From assembly GCA_964016885.1 (NCBI GenBank), contig CAXHJY010000096.1:2294001-2358000 (forward strand): a DNA stretch of 64,000 bases. The letters run 5' to 3'. Below the pieces are notes generated by a model, which did not search any database, was not told where the DNA came from, and saw nothing but the letters and a program-made list of their open reading frames with translations. Position numbers and translations under genes: made by a program. Source of the stretch: Eledone cirrhosa. Taxonomy: Eukaryota. Shown here in pieces: positions 23,915 to 38,900 of this stretch (its first letter is position 1; the number at the start of each line of letters is the position of its first letter).

Positions 23915-26900
23915 GGAGATAATTTGTAAAAAAAAATCAGGGGGAGATAATTTCTAAAAAAAAATCAGGGGGAGATAATTTGCAAAAAAAAATCAGGGGG
24001 AGATAATTTGTAAAAAAAAATCAGGGGTAGATAATTTGTAAAAAAAAATCAGGGGGAGATAATTTGTAAAAAAAAATCAGGGGGAGATAATTTGTAAAAA
24101 AAATCAAGGGGAGATAATTTCCAGCCGTCCAAGGAGAGATAATTTTAAAAAAAATCAGGAGGAGATAATTTGTAAAAAAAAATCAGGGGGAGATAATTTG
24201 TAAAAAAAATCAGGGGGAGATAATTTGTAAAAAAAAATCAGGGGTAGATAATTTGTAAAAAAAAATCAGGGGGAGATAATTTGTAAAAAAAAATCAGGGG
24301 GAGATAATTTGTAAAAAAAATCAAGGGGAGATAATTTCCAGCCGTCCAAGGAGAGATAATTTAAAAAAAAATCAGGCGGAGATAATTTGTAAAAAAAAAT
24401 TAGGGGGAGATAATTTGTAAAAAAAAATCAGGGGGAGATAATTTGTAAAAAAAATCAAGGGGAGATAATTTCCAGCCGTCCAAGGGGAGATAATTTTCAG
24501 CCGTCCAAGGGGAGATAATTTCCCGCCAGCCAAGGGAAGATAATATTCAAAAAAATCAGGCGGAGATAATTTGTAAAAAAAATCAGGGGGAGATAATTTG
24601 TAAAAAAATCAGGGGGAGATAATTTGTAAAAAAAAAAATCAGGGGGAGATAATTTGTAAAAAAAATCAGGGGGAGATAATTTGTAAAAAAAAATCAGGGG
24701 TAGATAATTTGTAAAAAAAAATCAGGGGGAGATAATTTGTAAAAAAAAATCAGGGGGAGATAATTTGTAAAAAAAATGAAAGGGGAGATAATATCCAGCC
24801 GTCCAAGGGGAGATAATTTCCAGCCGTCCAAGGGGAGATAATTTCCAGCCGTCCAAGGGGAGAAAATTTCCATCCTTCCAAGGGGATATAATTTCCAGCC
24901 GTCCAAGGGGAGATAATTTCCATCCTTCCAAGGGGATATAATTTCCAGCCGTCCAAGGGGAGATAATTTTCAGCCGTCCAAGGAGAGGTAATTTCTAGCC
25001 GTCCAAGGAGAGATAATTTCCAGCCGTCCAAGGGGAGATAATTTCCAGCCGTCCAAGGGGAGATAATTTCCAGCCGTCCAAGGAGACATATTTTCCAGCC
25101 GTCCAAGGAGAGGTAATTCCTAGCCGTCCAAGGGGAGATAAATTCCAGCCTCCAAGGGGAGATAATTTCCAGCCAGCCAAGGGGAGATAATTTGTAAAAA
25201 AAATCAGGGGGAGATAATTTCTAAAAAAAATCAGGGGGAGATAATTTGTAAAAAAAAATCAGGGGGAGATAATTTGTAAAAAATAATCAGGGGGAGATAA
25301 TTTGTAAAAAAAATCAAGGGGAGATAATTTCCAGCCGTCCAAGGGGAGATAATTTTCAGCCGTCCAAGGGGAGATAATTTCCCGCCAGCCAAGGGAAGAT
25401 AATATTTAAAAAAATTAGGCGGAGATAATTTGTAAAAAAAATCAGGGGGAGATAATTTGTAAAAAAATCAGGGGGAGATAATTTGTAAAAAAAATCAGGG
25501 GGAGATAATTTGTAAAAAAAATCAGGGGGAGATAATTTGTAAAAAAAAATCAGGGGTAGATAATTTGTAAAAAAAAATCAGGGGGAGATAATTTGTAAAA
25601 AAAAATCAGGGGGAGATAATTTGTAAAAAAAATCAAGGGGAGATAATTTCCAGCCGTCCAAGGAGAGATAATTTAAAAAAAAATCAGGCGGAGATAATTT
25701 GTAAAAAAAATCAGGGGGAGATAATTTGTAAAAAAAAATCAGGGGGAGATAATTTGTAAAAAAAATCAAGGGGAGATAATTTCCAGCCGTCCAAGGGGAG
25801 ATAATTTTCAGCCGTCCAAGGGGAGATAATTTCCCGCCAGCCAAGGGAAGATAATATTCAAAAAAATCAGGCGGAGATAATTTGTAAAAAAAATCAGGGG
25901 GAGATAATTTGTAAAAAAATCAGGGGGAGATAATTTGTAAAAAAAAAATCAGGGGGAGATAATTTGTAAAAAAAATCAGGGGGAGATAATTTGTAAAAAA
26001 AAATCAGGGGTAGATAATTTGTAAAAAAAAATCAGGGGGAGATAATTTGTAAAAAAAAATCAGGGGGAGATAATTTGTAAAAAAAATGAAAGGGGAGATA
26101 ATATCCAGCCGTCCAAGGGGAGATAATTTCCAGCCGTCCAAGGGGAGATAATTTCCAGCCGTCCAAGGGGAGATAATTTCCATCCTTCCAAGGGGATATA
26201 ATTTCCAGCCGTCCAAGGGGAGATAATTTCCATCCTTCCAAGGGGATATAATTTCCAGCCGTCCAAGGGGAGATAATTTTCAGCCGTCCAAGGAGAGGTA
26301 ATTTCTAGCCGTCCAAGGAGAGATAATTTCCAGCCGTCCAAGGGGAGATAATTTCCAGCCGTCCAAGGGGAGATAATTTCCAGCCGTCCAAGGAGACATA
26401 TTTTCCAGCCGTCCAAGGAGAGGTAATTCCTAGCCGTCCAAGGGGAGATAAATTCCAGCCTCCAAGGGGAGATAATTTCCAGCCAGCCAAGGGGAGATAA
26501 TTTGTAAAAAAAATCAGGGGGAGATAATTTGTAAAAAAAATCAGGGGGAGATAAATTGTAAAAAAAAATCAGGGGGAGATAATTTGTAAAAAAAATCAAG
26601 GGGAGATAATTTCCAGCCGTCCAAGGGGAGATAATTTTCAGCCGTCCAAGGGGAGATAATTTCCCGCCAGCCAAGGGAAGATAATATTCAAAAAAATCAG
26701 GCGGAGATAATTTGTAAAAAAAATCAGGGGGAGATAATTTGTAAAAAAATCAGGGGGAGATAATTTGTAAAAAAAAAATCAGGGGGAGATAATTTGTAAA
26801 AAAAATCAGGGGGAGATAATTTGTAAAAAAAAATCAGGGGTAGATAATTTGTAAAAAAAAATCAGGGGGAGATAATTTGTAAAAAAAAATCAGGGGGAGA

Positions 26901-29900
26901 TAATTTGTAAAAAAAATGAAAGGGGAGATAATATCCAGCCGTCCAAGGGGAGATAATTTCCAGCCGTCCAAGGGGAGATAATATCCAGCCGTCCAAGGGG
27001 AGATAATTTCCATCCTTCCAAGGGGATATAATTTCCAGCCGTCCAAGGGGAGATAATTTCCATCCTTCCAAGGGGATATAATTTCCAGCCGTCCAAGGGG
27101 AGATAATTTTCAGCCGTCCAAGGAGAGGTAATTTCTAGCCGTCCAAGGAGAGATAATTTCCAGCCGTCCAAGGGGAGATAATTTCCAGCCGTCCAAGGGG
27201 AGATAATTTCCAGCCGTCCAAGGAGACATATTTTCCAGCCGTCCAAGGAGAGGTAATTCCTAGCCGTCCAAGGGGAGATAAATTCCAGCCTCCAAGGGGA
27301 GATAATTTCCAGCCAGCCAAGGGGAGATAATTTGTAAAAAAAATCAGGGGGAAATAATTTGTAAAAAAAATCAGGGGGAGATAATTTGTAAAAAAAATCA
27401 GGGGGAGATAATTTGTAAAAAATAATCAGGGGGAGATAATTTGTAAAAAAAATCAAGGGGAGATAATTTCCAGCCGTCCAAGGGGAGATAATTTTCAGCC
27501 GTCCAAGGGGAGATAATTTCCCGCCAGCCAAGGGAAGATAATATTTTAAAAAATTAGGCGGAGATAATTTGTAAAAAAATCAGGGGGAGATAATTTGTAA
27601 AAAAATCAGGGGGAGATAATTTGTAAAAAAAATCAGGGGGAGATAATTTGTAAAAAAAATCAGGGGGAGATAATTTGTAAAAAAAAATCAGGGGTAGATA
27701 ATTTGTAAAAAAAAATCAGGGGGAGATAATTTGTAAAAAAATTCAAGGGGAGATAATTTCCAGCCGTCCAAGGGAAGATAATTTCCAGCCCTCCAAGGGG
27801 CTATAATTTCCAGCGTCCAAGGGGAGATAATTTCCAGCCAGCGAAGGGGAGATAATTTTTTAAAAAAAATCATTGGGAGATTTGTAAAAAAAATCAGGGG
27901 GAGATAATTTGTAAAAAAAATCAAGGGGAGATAATTTCCAGCCGTCCAAGGGGAGGTAATATCTAGCCGTCCAAGGGTAGATAATTTCCAGCCGTCCAAC
28001 GGGAGATAATTTCCAGCCGTCCAAGGGTAGATAATATCCAGCCGCCCAAGGACATATTTTCCAGCCGTCCAAGGAGAGGTAATTTCTAGCCGTCCAAGGG
28101 GAGATAATTTCCAGCCGTCCAAGGGTAGATAATATCCAGCCGTCCAAGGACATATTTTCCAGCCGTCCAAGGAGAGGTAATTTCTAGCCGTCCAAGGGGA
28201 GATAAATTCCAGCCTCCAAGGGGAGATAATTTCCAGCCAGCCAAGGGGAGATAATTTGTAAAAAAATCAGGGGGAGATAATTTGTAAAAAAAATCAGGGG
28301 GAGATAATTTGTAAAAAAAAATCAGGGGGAGATAATTTGTAAAAAAAAATCAGGGGGAGATAATTTGCAAAAAAAATCAGGGGGAGATAATTTGTAAAAA
28401 AAAATCAGGGGTAGATAATTTGTAAAAAAAAATCAGGGGGAGATTTGTAAAAAAAAATCAGGGGGAGATAATTTGTAAAAAAAATCAAGGGGAGATAATT
28501 TCCAGCCGTCCAAGGAGAGATAATTTTAAAAAAAATCAGGCGGAGATAATTTGTAAAAAAAAATCAGGGGGAGATAATTTGTAAAAAAAAATCAGGGGGA
28601 GATAATTTGTAAAAAAAAATCAGGGGGAGATAATTTGTAAAAAAAATCAGGAGATAATTTGTAAAAATAATCAAGGGGAGATAATTTCCAGCCGTCCAAG
28701 GAGAGATAATTTAAAAAAAAATCAGGCGGAGATAATTTGTAGAAAAAAATCAGGGGGAGATAATTTGTAAAAAAAAATCAGGGGGAGATAATTTGTAAAA
28801 AAAATCAAGGGGAGATAATTTCCAGCCGTCCAAGGGGAGATAATTTTCAGCCGTCCAAGGGGAGATAATTTCCCGCCAGCCAAGGGAAGATAATATTCAA
28901 AAAAATCAGGCGGAGATAATTTGTAAAAAAAATCAGGGGGAGATAATTTGTAAAAAAATCAGGGGGAGATAATTTGTAAAAAAAAAAATCAGGGGGAGAT
29001 AATTTTTAAAAAAAATCAGGGGGAGATAATTTGTAAAAAAAAATCAGGGGTAGATAATTTGTAAAAAAAAATCAGGGGGAGATAATTTGTAAAAAAAAAT
29101 CAGGGGGAGATAATTTGTAAAAAAAATGAAAGGGGAGATAATATCCAGCCGTCCAAGGGGAGATAATTTCCAGCCGTCCAAGGGGAGATAATTTCCAGCC
29201 GTCCAAGGGGAGATAATTTCCATCCTTCCAAGGGGATATAATTTCCAGCCGTCCAAGGGGAGATAATTTCCATCCTTCCAAGGGGATATAATTTCCAGCC
29301 GTCCAAGGGGAGATAATTTTCAGCCGTCCAAGGAGAGGTAATTTCTAGCCGTCCAAGGAGAGATAATTTCCAGCCGTCCAAGGGGAGATAATTTCCAGCC
29401 GTCCAAGGGGAGATAATTTCCAGCCGTCCAAGGAGACATATTTTCCAGCCGTCCAAGGAGAGGTAATTCCTAGCCGTCCAAGGGGAGATAAATTCCAGCC
29501 TCCAAGGGGAGATAATTTCCAGCCAGCCAAGGGGAGATCATTTGTAAAAAAAATCAGGGGGAGATAATTTGTAAAAAAAATCAGGGGGAGATAATTTGTA
29601 AAAAAAAATCAGAGGGAGATAATTTGTAAAAAATAATCAGGGGGAGATAATTTGTAAAAAAAATCAAGGGGAGATAATTTCCAGCCGTCCAAGGGGAGAT
29701 AATTTTCAGCCGTCCAAGGGGAGATAATTTCCCGCCAGCCAAGGGAAGATAATATTTAAAAAAATTAGGCGGAGATAATTTGTAAAAAAAATCAGGGGGA
29801 GATAATTTGTAAAAAAATCAGGGGGAGATAATTTGTAAAAAAAATCAGGGGGAGATAATTTGTAAAAAAAAATCAGGGGTAGATAATTTGTAAAAAAAAA

Positions 29901-32900
29901 TCAGGGGGAGATAATTTGTAAAAAAAATCAGGGGGAGATAATTTGTAAAAAAAATCAGGGGGAGATAATTTGTAAAAAAAAATCAGGGGTAGATAATTTG
30001 TAAAAAAAAATCAGGGGGAGATAATTTGTAAAAAAAATCAAGGGGAGATAATTTCCAGCCGTCCAAGGGGCTATAATTTCCAGCGTCCAAGGGGAGATAA
30101 TTTCCAGCCAGCGAAGGGGAGATAATTTTTTTTTCAAAATCATTGGGAGATTTGTAAAAAAAATCAGGGGGAGATAATTTGTAAAAAAAATCAAGGGGAG
30201 ATAATTTCCAGCCGTCCAAGGGGAGGTAATATCTAGCCGTCCAAGGGGAGATAATTTCCAGCCGTCCAAGGGTAGATAATATCCAGCCGTCCAAGGACAT
30301 ATTTTCCAGCCGTCCAAGGAGAGGTAATTTCTAGCCGTCCAAGGGGAGATAAATTCCAGCCTCCAAGGGGAGATAATTTCCAGCCAGCCAAGGGGAGATA
30401 ATTTGTAAAAAAATCAGGGGGAGATAATTTGTAAAAAAAATCAGGTGGAGATAATTTGTAAAAAAAAATCAGGGGGAGATAATTTGTAAAAAAAATCAGG
30501 GGGAGATAATTTGTAAAAAAATCAGGGGGAGATAATTTGTAAAAGAAAAATCAGGGGTAGATAATTTGTAAAAAAAAATCAGGGGGAGATAATTTGTAAA
30601 AAAAATCAGAGGGAGATAATTTGTAAAAAAAATGAAAGGGGAGATAATATCCAGCCGTCCAAGGGGATATAATTTCCAGCCGTCCAAGGGGAGATAATTT
30701 CCAGCCGTCCAAGGGGAGATAATTTCCATCCTTCCAAGGGGATATAATTTCCAGCCGTCCAAGGGGAGATAATTTCCCGCCAGCCAAGGGAAGATAATTT
30801 TTAAAAAAATCAGGCGGAGATTGTAAAAAAAATCAGGGGGGAGATAATTTGTAAAAAAATCAGGGGGAGATAATTTGTAAAAAAAAATCAGGGGGAGATA
30901 ATTTGTAAAAAATAATCAGGGGGAGATAATTTGTAAAAAAAAATCAAGGGGAGATAATTTCCAGCCGTCCAAGGGGAGATAATTTCCCGCCAGCCAAGGG
31001 AAGATAATATTTAAAAAAATTAGGCGGAGATAATTTGTAAAAAAAATCAGGGGGAGATAATTTGTAAAAAAATCAGGGGGAGATAATTTGTAAAAAAAAT
31101 CAGGGGGAGATAATTTGTAAAAAAAATCATGGGGAGATAATTTGTAAAAAAAAATCAGGGGTAGATAATTTGTAAAAAAAAATCAGGGGGAGATAATTTG
31201 TAAAAAAAAATCAGGGGGAGATAATTTGTAAAAAAATCAAGGGGAGATAATTTCCAGCCGTCCAAGGGGAGATAATTTTCAGCCGTCCAAGAAGAGGTAA
31301 TTTCTAGCCGTCCAAGGGGAGATAATTTCCAGCCGTCCAAGGGGAGGTAATTTCCAGCCGTCCAAGGGGAGATAATTTTTTAAAAAAAATCAGGCGGAGA
31401 TAATTTGTAAAAAAAATCAAGGGGAGATACTTTGCAGCCGTCCAAGGGGAGATAATTTTCAGTCGTCCAAGGAGAGGTAATTTCTAGCCGTCCAAGGGGA
31501 GATAATTTCCAGCCGTCCAAGGGGAGATAATTTTCAGCCGTCCAAGAAGAGGTAATTTCTAGCCGTCCAAGGGGAGATAATTTCCAGCCGTCCAAGGGGA
31601 GGTAATTTCCAGCCGTCCAAGGGGAGATAATTTTTAAAAAAAAATCAGGCGGAGATAATTTGTAAAAAAAATCAAGGGGAGATACTTTGCAGCCGTCCAA
31701 GGGGAGATAATTTTCAGTCGTCCAAGGAGAGGTAATTTCTAGCCGTCCAAGGGGAGATAATTTCCAGCCGTCCAAGGGGAGATAATTTCCAGCCGTCCAA
31801 GGGGAGATAATTTTTTTTTAAAAATCAGGCGGAGATAATTTGTAAAAAAAATCAGGGGGAGATAATTTGTAAACAAAATCAGGGGGAGATAATTTGTAAA
31901 AAAAAATCAGGGGGAGATAATTTGTAAAAAAAATCAAGGAGAGATAATTTCCAGCCGTCCAAGGGAAGATAATTTCCAGCCGTCCAAGGAGACATATTTT
32001 CCAGCCGTCCAAGGCGAGGTAATTTCTAGCCGTCCAAGGGGAGATAAATTCCAGCCTCCAAGGGGAGATAATTTCCAGCCAGCCAAGGGGAGATAATTTG
32101 TAAAAAAATCAGGGGGAGATAATTTGTAAAAAATATCAGGGAGATAATTTGTAAAAAAAAATCAGGGGGAGATAATTTGTAAAAAAAATCAGGGGGAGAT
32201 AATTTGTAAAAAAAAATCAGGGGGAGATAATTTGTAAAAAAAATCAAGGGGAGACAATTTCCAGCCGTCCAAGGGGAGATAATTTTCAGCCGTCCAAGGA
32301 GAGGTAATTTCTAGCCGTCCGAGGAGAGATAATTTCCAGCCGTCCAAGGGGAGATAATTTCCAGCCGTCCAAGGGGAGATAATTTCCAGCCGTCCAAGGA
32401 GACATATTTTCCAGCCGTCCAAGGAGAGGTAATTTCTAGCCGTCCAAGGGGAGATAAATTCCAGCCTCCAAGGGGAGATAATTTCCAGCCAGCCAAGGGG
32501 AAATAATTTGTAAAAAAATCAGGGGGAGATAATTTGCAAAAAAAATCAGGGGGAGATAATTTGTAAAAAAAATCAGGGGGAGATAATTTGTAAAAAATAA
32601 TCAGGGGGAGATAATTTCCAGCCGTCCAAGGGGAGATAATTTAAAAAAAAATCAGGCGGAGATAATTTGTAAAAAAAAATCAGGGGGAGATAATTTGTAA
32701 AAAAAAATCAGGGGGAGATAATTTGTAAAAAAAATCAAGGGGAGATAATTTCCAGCCGTCCAAGGGGAGATAATTTTCAGCCGTCCAAGGGGAGATAATT
32801 TCCCGCCAGCCAAGGGAAGATAATATTTAAAAAAATCAGGCGGAGATAATTTGTAAAAAAAATCAGGGGGAGATAATTTGTAAAAAAATCAGGGGGAGAT

Positions 32901-35900
32901 AATTTGTAAAAAAAAATCAGGGGGAGATAATTTGTAAAAAAAATCAGGGGGAGATAATTTGTAAAAAAAAATCAGGGGTAGATAATTTGTAAAAAAAAAT
33001 CAGGGGGAGATAATTTGTAAAAAAAAATCAGGGGGAGATAATTTGTAAAAAAAATGAAAGGGGAGATAATATCCAGCCGTCCAAGGGGAGATAATTTCCA
33101 GCCGTCCAAGGGGAGATAATTTCCAGCCGTCCAAGGGGAGATAATTTCCATCCTTCCAAGGGGATATAATTTCCAGCCGTCCAAGGGGAGATAATTTTCA
33201 GCCGTCCAAGGAGAGGTAATTTCTAGCCGTCCAAGGAGAGATAATTTCCAGCCGTCCAAGGGGAGATAATTTCCAGCCGTCCAAGGGAAGATAATTTCCA
33301 GCCGTCCAAGGATACATATTTTCCAGCCGTCCAAGGAGAGGTAATTCCTAGCCGTCCAAGGGGAGATAAATTCCAGCCTCCAAGGGGAGATAATTTCCAG
33401 CCAGCCAAGGGGAGATAATTTGTAAAAAAAATCAGGGGGAGATAATTTGTAAAAAAAATCAGGGGGAGATAATTTGTAAAAAAAAATCAGGGGGAGATAA
33501 TTTGTAAAAAATAATCAGGGGGAGATAATTTGTAAAAAAAATCAAGGGGAGATAATTTCCAGCCGTCCAAGGGGAGATAATTTTCAGCCGTCCAAGGGGA
33601 GATAATTTCCCGCCAGCCAAGGGAAGATAATATTTAAAAAAATTAGGCGGAGATAATTTGTAAAAAAAATCAGGGGGAGATAATTTGTAAAAAAATCAGG
33701 GGGAGATAATTTGTAAAAAAAATCAGGGGGAGATAATTTGTAAAAAAAATCAGGGGGAGATAATTTGTAAAAAAAATCAGGGGTAGATAATTTGTAAAAA
33801 AAAATCAGGGGGAGATAATTTGTAAAAAAAATCAAGGGGAGATAATTTCCAGCCGTCCAAGGGAAGATAATTTCCAGCCCTCCAAGGGGCTATAATTTCC
33901 AGCGTCCAAGGGGAGATAATTTCCAGCCAGCGAAGGGGAGATAATTTTTTTTAAAAAATCATTGGGAGATTTGTAAAAAAAATCAGGGGGAGATAATTTG
34001 TAAAAAAAATCAAGGGGAGATAATTTCCAGCCGTCCAAGGGGAGGTAATATCTAGCCGTCCAAGGGTAGATAATTTCCAGCCGTCCAACGGGAGATAATT
34101 TCCAGCCGTCCAAGGGTAGATAATATCCAGCCGCCCAAGGACATATTTTCCAGCCGTCCAAGGAGAGGTAATTTCTAGCCGTCCAAGGGGAGATAATTTC
34201 CAGCCGTCCAAGGGTAGATAATATCCAGCCGTCCAAGGACATATTTTCCAGCCGTCCAAGGAGAGGTAATTTCTAGCCGTCCAAGGGGAGATAAATTCCA
34301 GCCGCCAAGGGGAGATAATTTCCAGCCAGCCAAGGGGAGATAATTTGTAAAAAAATCAGGGGGAGATAATTTGTAAAAAAAATCAGGGGGAGATAATTTG
34401 TAAAAAAAAATCAGGGGGAGATAATTTGTAAAAAAAAATCAGGGGGAGATAATTTGCAAAAAAAATCAGGGGGAGATAATTTGTAAAAAAAAATCAGGGG
34501 TAGATAATTTGTAAAAAAAAATCAGGGGGAGATAATTTGTAAAAAAAATCAAGGGGAGATAATTTCCAGCCGTCCAAGGAGAGATAATTTCCAGCCGTCC
34601 AAGGAGAGATAATTTTAAAAAAAATCAGGCGGAGATAATTTGTAAAAAAAAATCAGGGGGAGATAATTTGTAAAAAAAATCAGGGGGAGATAATTTGTAA
34701 AAAAAAATCAGGGGTAGATAATTTGTAAAAAAAAATCAGGGGGAGATAATTTGTAAAAAAAAATCAGGAGGAGATAATTTGTAAAAAAAATCAAGGGGAG
34801 ATAATTTCCAGCCGTCCAAGGAGAGATAATTTAAAAAAAAATCAGGCGGAGATAATTTGTAAAAAAAAATCAGGGGGAGATAATTTGTAAAAAAAAATCA
34901 GGGGGAGATAATTTGTAAAAAAAAATCAAGGGGAGATAATTTTCAGCCGTCCAAGGGGAGATAATTTCCCGCCAGCCAAGGGAAGATAATATTCAAAAAA
35001 ATCAGGCGGAGATAATTTGTAAAAAAAATCAGGGGGAGATAATTTGTAAAAAAATCAGGGGGAAATAATTTGTAAAAAAAAAAAATCAGGGAGAGATAAT
35101 TTTTAAAAAAAATCAGGGGGAGATAATTTGTAAAAAAAAATCAGGGGTAGATAATTTGTAAAAAAAAATCAGGGGGAGATAATTTGTAAAAAAAAATCAG
35201 GGGGAGATAATTTGTAAAAAAAATGAAAGGGGAGATAATATCCAGCCGTCCAAGGGGAGATAATTTCCAGCCGTCCAAGGGGAGATAATTTCCAGCCGTC
35301 CAAGGGGAGATAATTTCCATCCTTCCAAGGGGATATAATTTCCAGCCGTCCAAGGGGAGATAATTTCCATCCTTCCAAGGGGATATAATTTCCAGCCGTC
35401 CAAGGGGAGATAATTTTCAGCCGTCCAAGGAGAGGTAATTTCTAGCCGTCCAAGGAGAGATAATTTCCAGCCGTCCAAGGGGAGATAATTTCCAGCCGTC
35501 CAAGGGGAGATAATTTCCAGCCGTCCAAGGAGACATATTTTCCAGCCGTCCAAGGAGAGGTAATTCCTAGCCGTCCAAGGGGAGATAAATTCCAGCCTCC
35601 AAGGGGAGATAATTTCCAGCCAGCCAAGGGGAGATCATTTGTAAAAAAAATCAGGGGGAGATAATTTGTAAAAAAAATCAGGGGGAGATAATTTGTAAAA
35701 AAAAATCAGAGGGAGATAATTTGTAAAAAATAATCAGGGGGAGATAATTTGTAAAAAAAATCAAGGGGAGATAATTTCCAGCCGTCCAAGGGGAGATAAT
35801 TTTCAGCCGTCCAAGGGGAGATAATTTCCCGCCAGCCAAGGGAAGATAATATTTAAAAAAATTAGGCGGAGATAATTTGTAAAAAAAATCAGGGGGAGAT

Positions 35901-38900
35901 AATTTGTAAAAAAATCAGGGGGAGATAATTTGTAAAAAAAATCAGGGGGAGATAATTTGTAAAAAAAAATCAGGGGTAGATAATTTGTAAAAAAAAATCA
36001 GGGGGAGATAATTTGTAAAAAAAATCAGGGGGAGATAATTTGTAAAAAAAATCAGGGGGAGATAATTTGTAAAAAAAAATCAGGGGTAGATAATTTGTAA
36101 AAAAAAATCAGGGGGAGATAATTTGTAAAAAAAATCAAGGGGAGATAATTTCCAGCCGTCCAAGGGGCTATAATTTCCAGCGTCCAAGGGGAGATAATTT
36201 CCAGCCAGCGAAGGGGAGATAATTTTTTTTTCAAAATCATTGGGAGATTTGTAAAAAAAATCAGGGGGAGATAATTTGTAAAAAAAATCAAGGGGAGATA
36301 ATTTCCAGCCGTCCAAGGGGAGGTAATATCTAGCCGTCCAAGGGGAGATAATTTCCAGCCGTCCAAGGGTAGATAATATCCAGCCGTCCAAGGACATATT
36401 TTCCAGCCGTCCAAGGAGAGGTAATTTCTAGCCGTCCAAGGGGAGATAAATTCCAGCCTCCAAGGGGAGATAATTTCCAGCCAGCCAAGGGGAGATAATT
36501 TGTAAAAAAATCAGGGGGAGATAATTTGTAAAAAAAATCAGGGGGAGATAATTTGTAAAAAAAAATCAGGGGGAGATAATTTGTAAAAAAAATCAGGGGG
36601 AGATAATTTGTAAAAAAATCAGGGGGAGATAATTTGTAAAAGAGAAATCAGGGGGAGATAATTTGTAAAAAAAATCAGGGGGAGATAATTTCCAGCCGTC
36701 CAAGGGGAGATAATTTTCAGCCGTCCAAGGGGAGATAATTTCCCGCCAGCCAAGGGAAGATAATATTCAAAAAAATCAGGCGGAGATAATTTGTAAAAAA
36801 AATCAGGGGGAGATAATTTGTAAAAAAATCAGGGGGAGATAATTTGTAAAAAAAAAATCAGGGGGAGATAATTTGTAAAAAAAATCAGGGGGAGATAATT
36901 TGTAAAAAAAAATCAGGGGTAGATAATTTGTAAAAAAAAATCAGGGGGAGATAATTTGTAAAAAAAAATCAGGGGGAGATAATTTGTAAAAAAAATGAAA
37001 GGGGAGATAATATCCAGCCGTCCAAGGGGAGATAATTTCCAGCCGTCCAAGGGGAGATAATTTCCAGCCGTCCAAGGGGAGATAATTTCCATCCTTCCAA
37101 GGGGATATAATTTCCAGCCGTCCAAGGGGAGATAATTTCCATCCTTCCAAGGGGATATAATTTCCAGCCGTCCAAGGGGAGATAATTTTCAGCCGTCCAA
37201 GGAGAGGTAATTTCTAGCCGTCCAAGGAGAGATAATTTCCAGCCGTCCAAGGGGAGATAATTTCCAGCCGTCCAAGGGGAGATAATTTCCAGCCGTCCAA
37301 GGAGACATATTTTCCAGCCGTCCAAGGAGAGGTAATTCCTAGCCGTCCAAGGGGAGATAAATTCCAGCCTCCAAGGGGAGATAATTTCCAGCCAGCCAAG
37401 GGGAGATAATTTGTAAAAAAAATCAGGGGGAGATAATTTGTAAAAAAAATCAGGGGGAGATAAATTGTAAAAAAAAATCAGGGGGAGATAATTTGTAAAA
37501 AAAATCAAGGGGAGATAATTTCCAGCCGTCCAAGGGGAGATAATTTTCAGCCGTCCAAGGGGAGATAATTTCCCGCCAGCCAAGGGAAGATAATATTCAA
37601 AAAAATCAGGCGGAGATAATTTGTAAAAAAAATCAGGGGGAGATAATTTGTAAAAAAATCAGGGGGAGATAATTTGTAAAAAAAAAATCAGGGGGAGATA
37701 ATTTGTAAAAAAAATCAGGGGGAGATAATTTGTAAAAAAAAATCAGGGGTAGATAATTTGTAAAAAAAAATCAGGGGGAGATAATTTGTAAAAAAAAATC
37801 AGGGGGAGATAATTTGTAAAAAAAATGAAAGGGGAGATAATATCCAGCCGTCCAAGGGGAGATAATTTCCAGCCGTCCAAGGGGAGATAATATCCAGCCG
37901 TCCAAGGGGAGATAATTTCCATCCTTCCAAGGGGATATAATTTCCAGCCGTCCAAGGGGAGATAATTTCCATCCTTCCAAGGGGATATAATTTCCAGCCG
38001 TCCAAGGGGAGATAATTTTCAGCCGTCCAAGGAGAGGTAATTTCTAGCCGTCCAAGGAGAGATAATTTCCAGCCGTCCAAGGGGAGATAATTTCCAGCCG
38101 TCCAAGGGGAGATAATTTCCAGCCGTCCAAGGAGACATATTTTCCAGCCGTCCAAGGAGAGGTAATTCCTAGCCGTCCAAGGGGAGATAAATTCCAGCCT
38201 CCAAGGGGAGATAATTTCCAGCCAGCCAAGGGGAGATAATTTGTAAAAAAATCAGGGGGAGATAATTTGTAAAAAAAATCAGGGGGAGATAATTTGTAAA
38301 AAAAAATCAGGGGTAGATAATTTGTAAAAAAAAATCAGGGGGAGATAATTTGTAAAAAAATCAAGGGGAGATAATTTCCAGCCGTCCAAGGGAAGATAAT
38401 TTCCAGCCCTCCAAGGGGCTATAATTTCCAGCGTCCAAGGGGAGATAATTTCCAGCCAGCGAAGGGGAGATAATTTTTTTAAAAAAATCATTGGGAGATT
38501 TGTAAAAAAAATCAGGGGGAGATGATTTGTAAAAAAAATCAAGGGGAGATAATTTCCAGCCGTCCAAGGGGAGGTAATATCTAGCCGTCCAAGGGTAGAT
38601 AATTTCCAGCCGTCCAACGGGAGATAATTTCCAGCCGTCCAAGGGTAGATAATATCCAGCCGCCCAAGGACATATTTTCCAGCCGTCCAAGGAGAGGTAA
38701 TTTCTAGCCGTCCAAGGGGAGATAATTTCCAGCCGTCCAAGGGTAGATAATATCCAGCCGTCCAAGGAGAGGTAATTTCTAGCCGTCCAAGGGGAGATAA
38801 ATTCCAGCCTCCAAGGGGAGATAATTTCCAGCCAGCCAAGGGGAGATAATTTGTAAAAAAATCAGGGGGAGATAATTTGTAAAAAAAATCAGGGGGAGAT

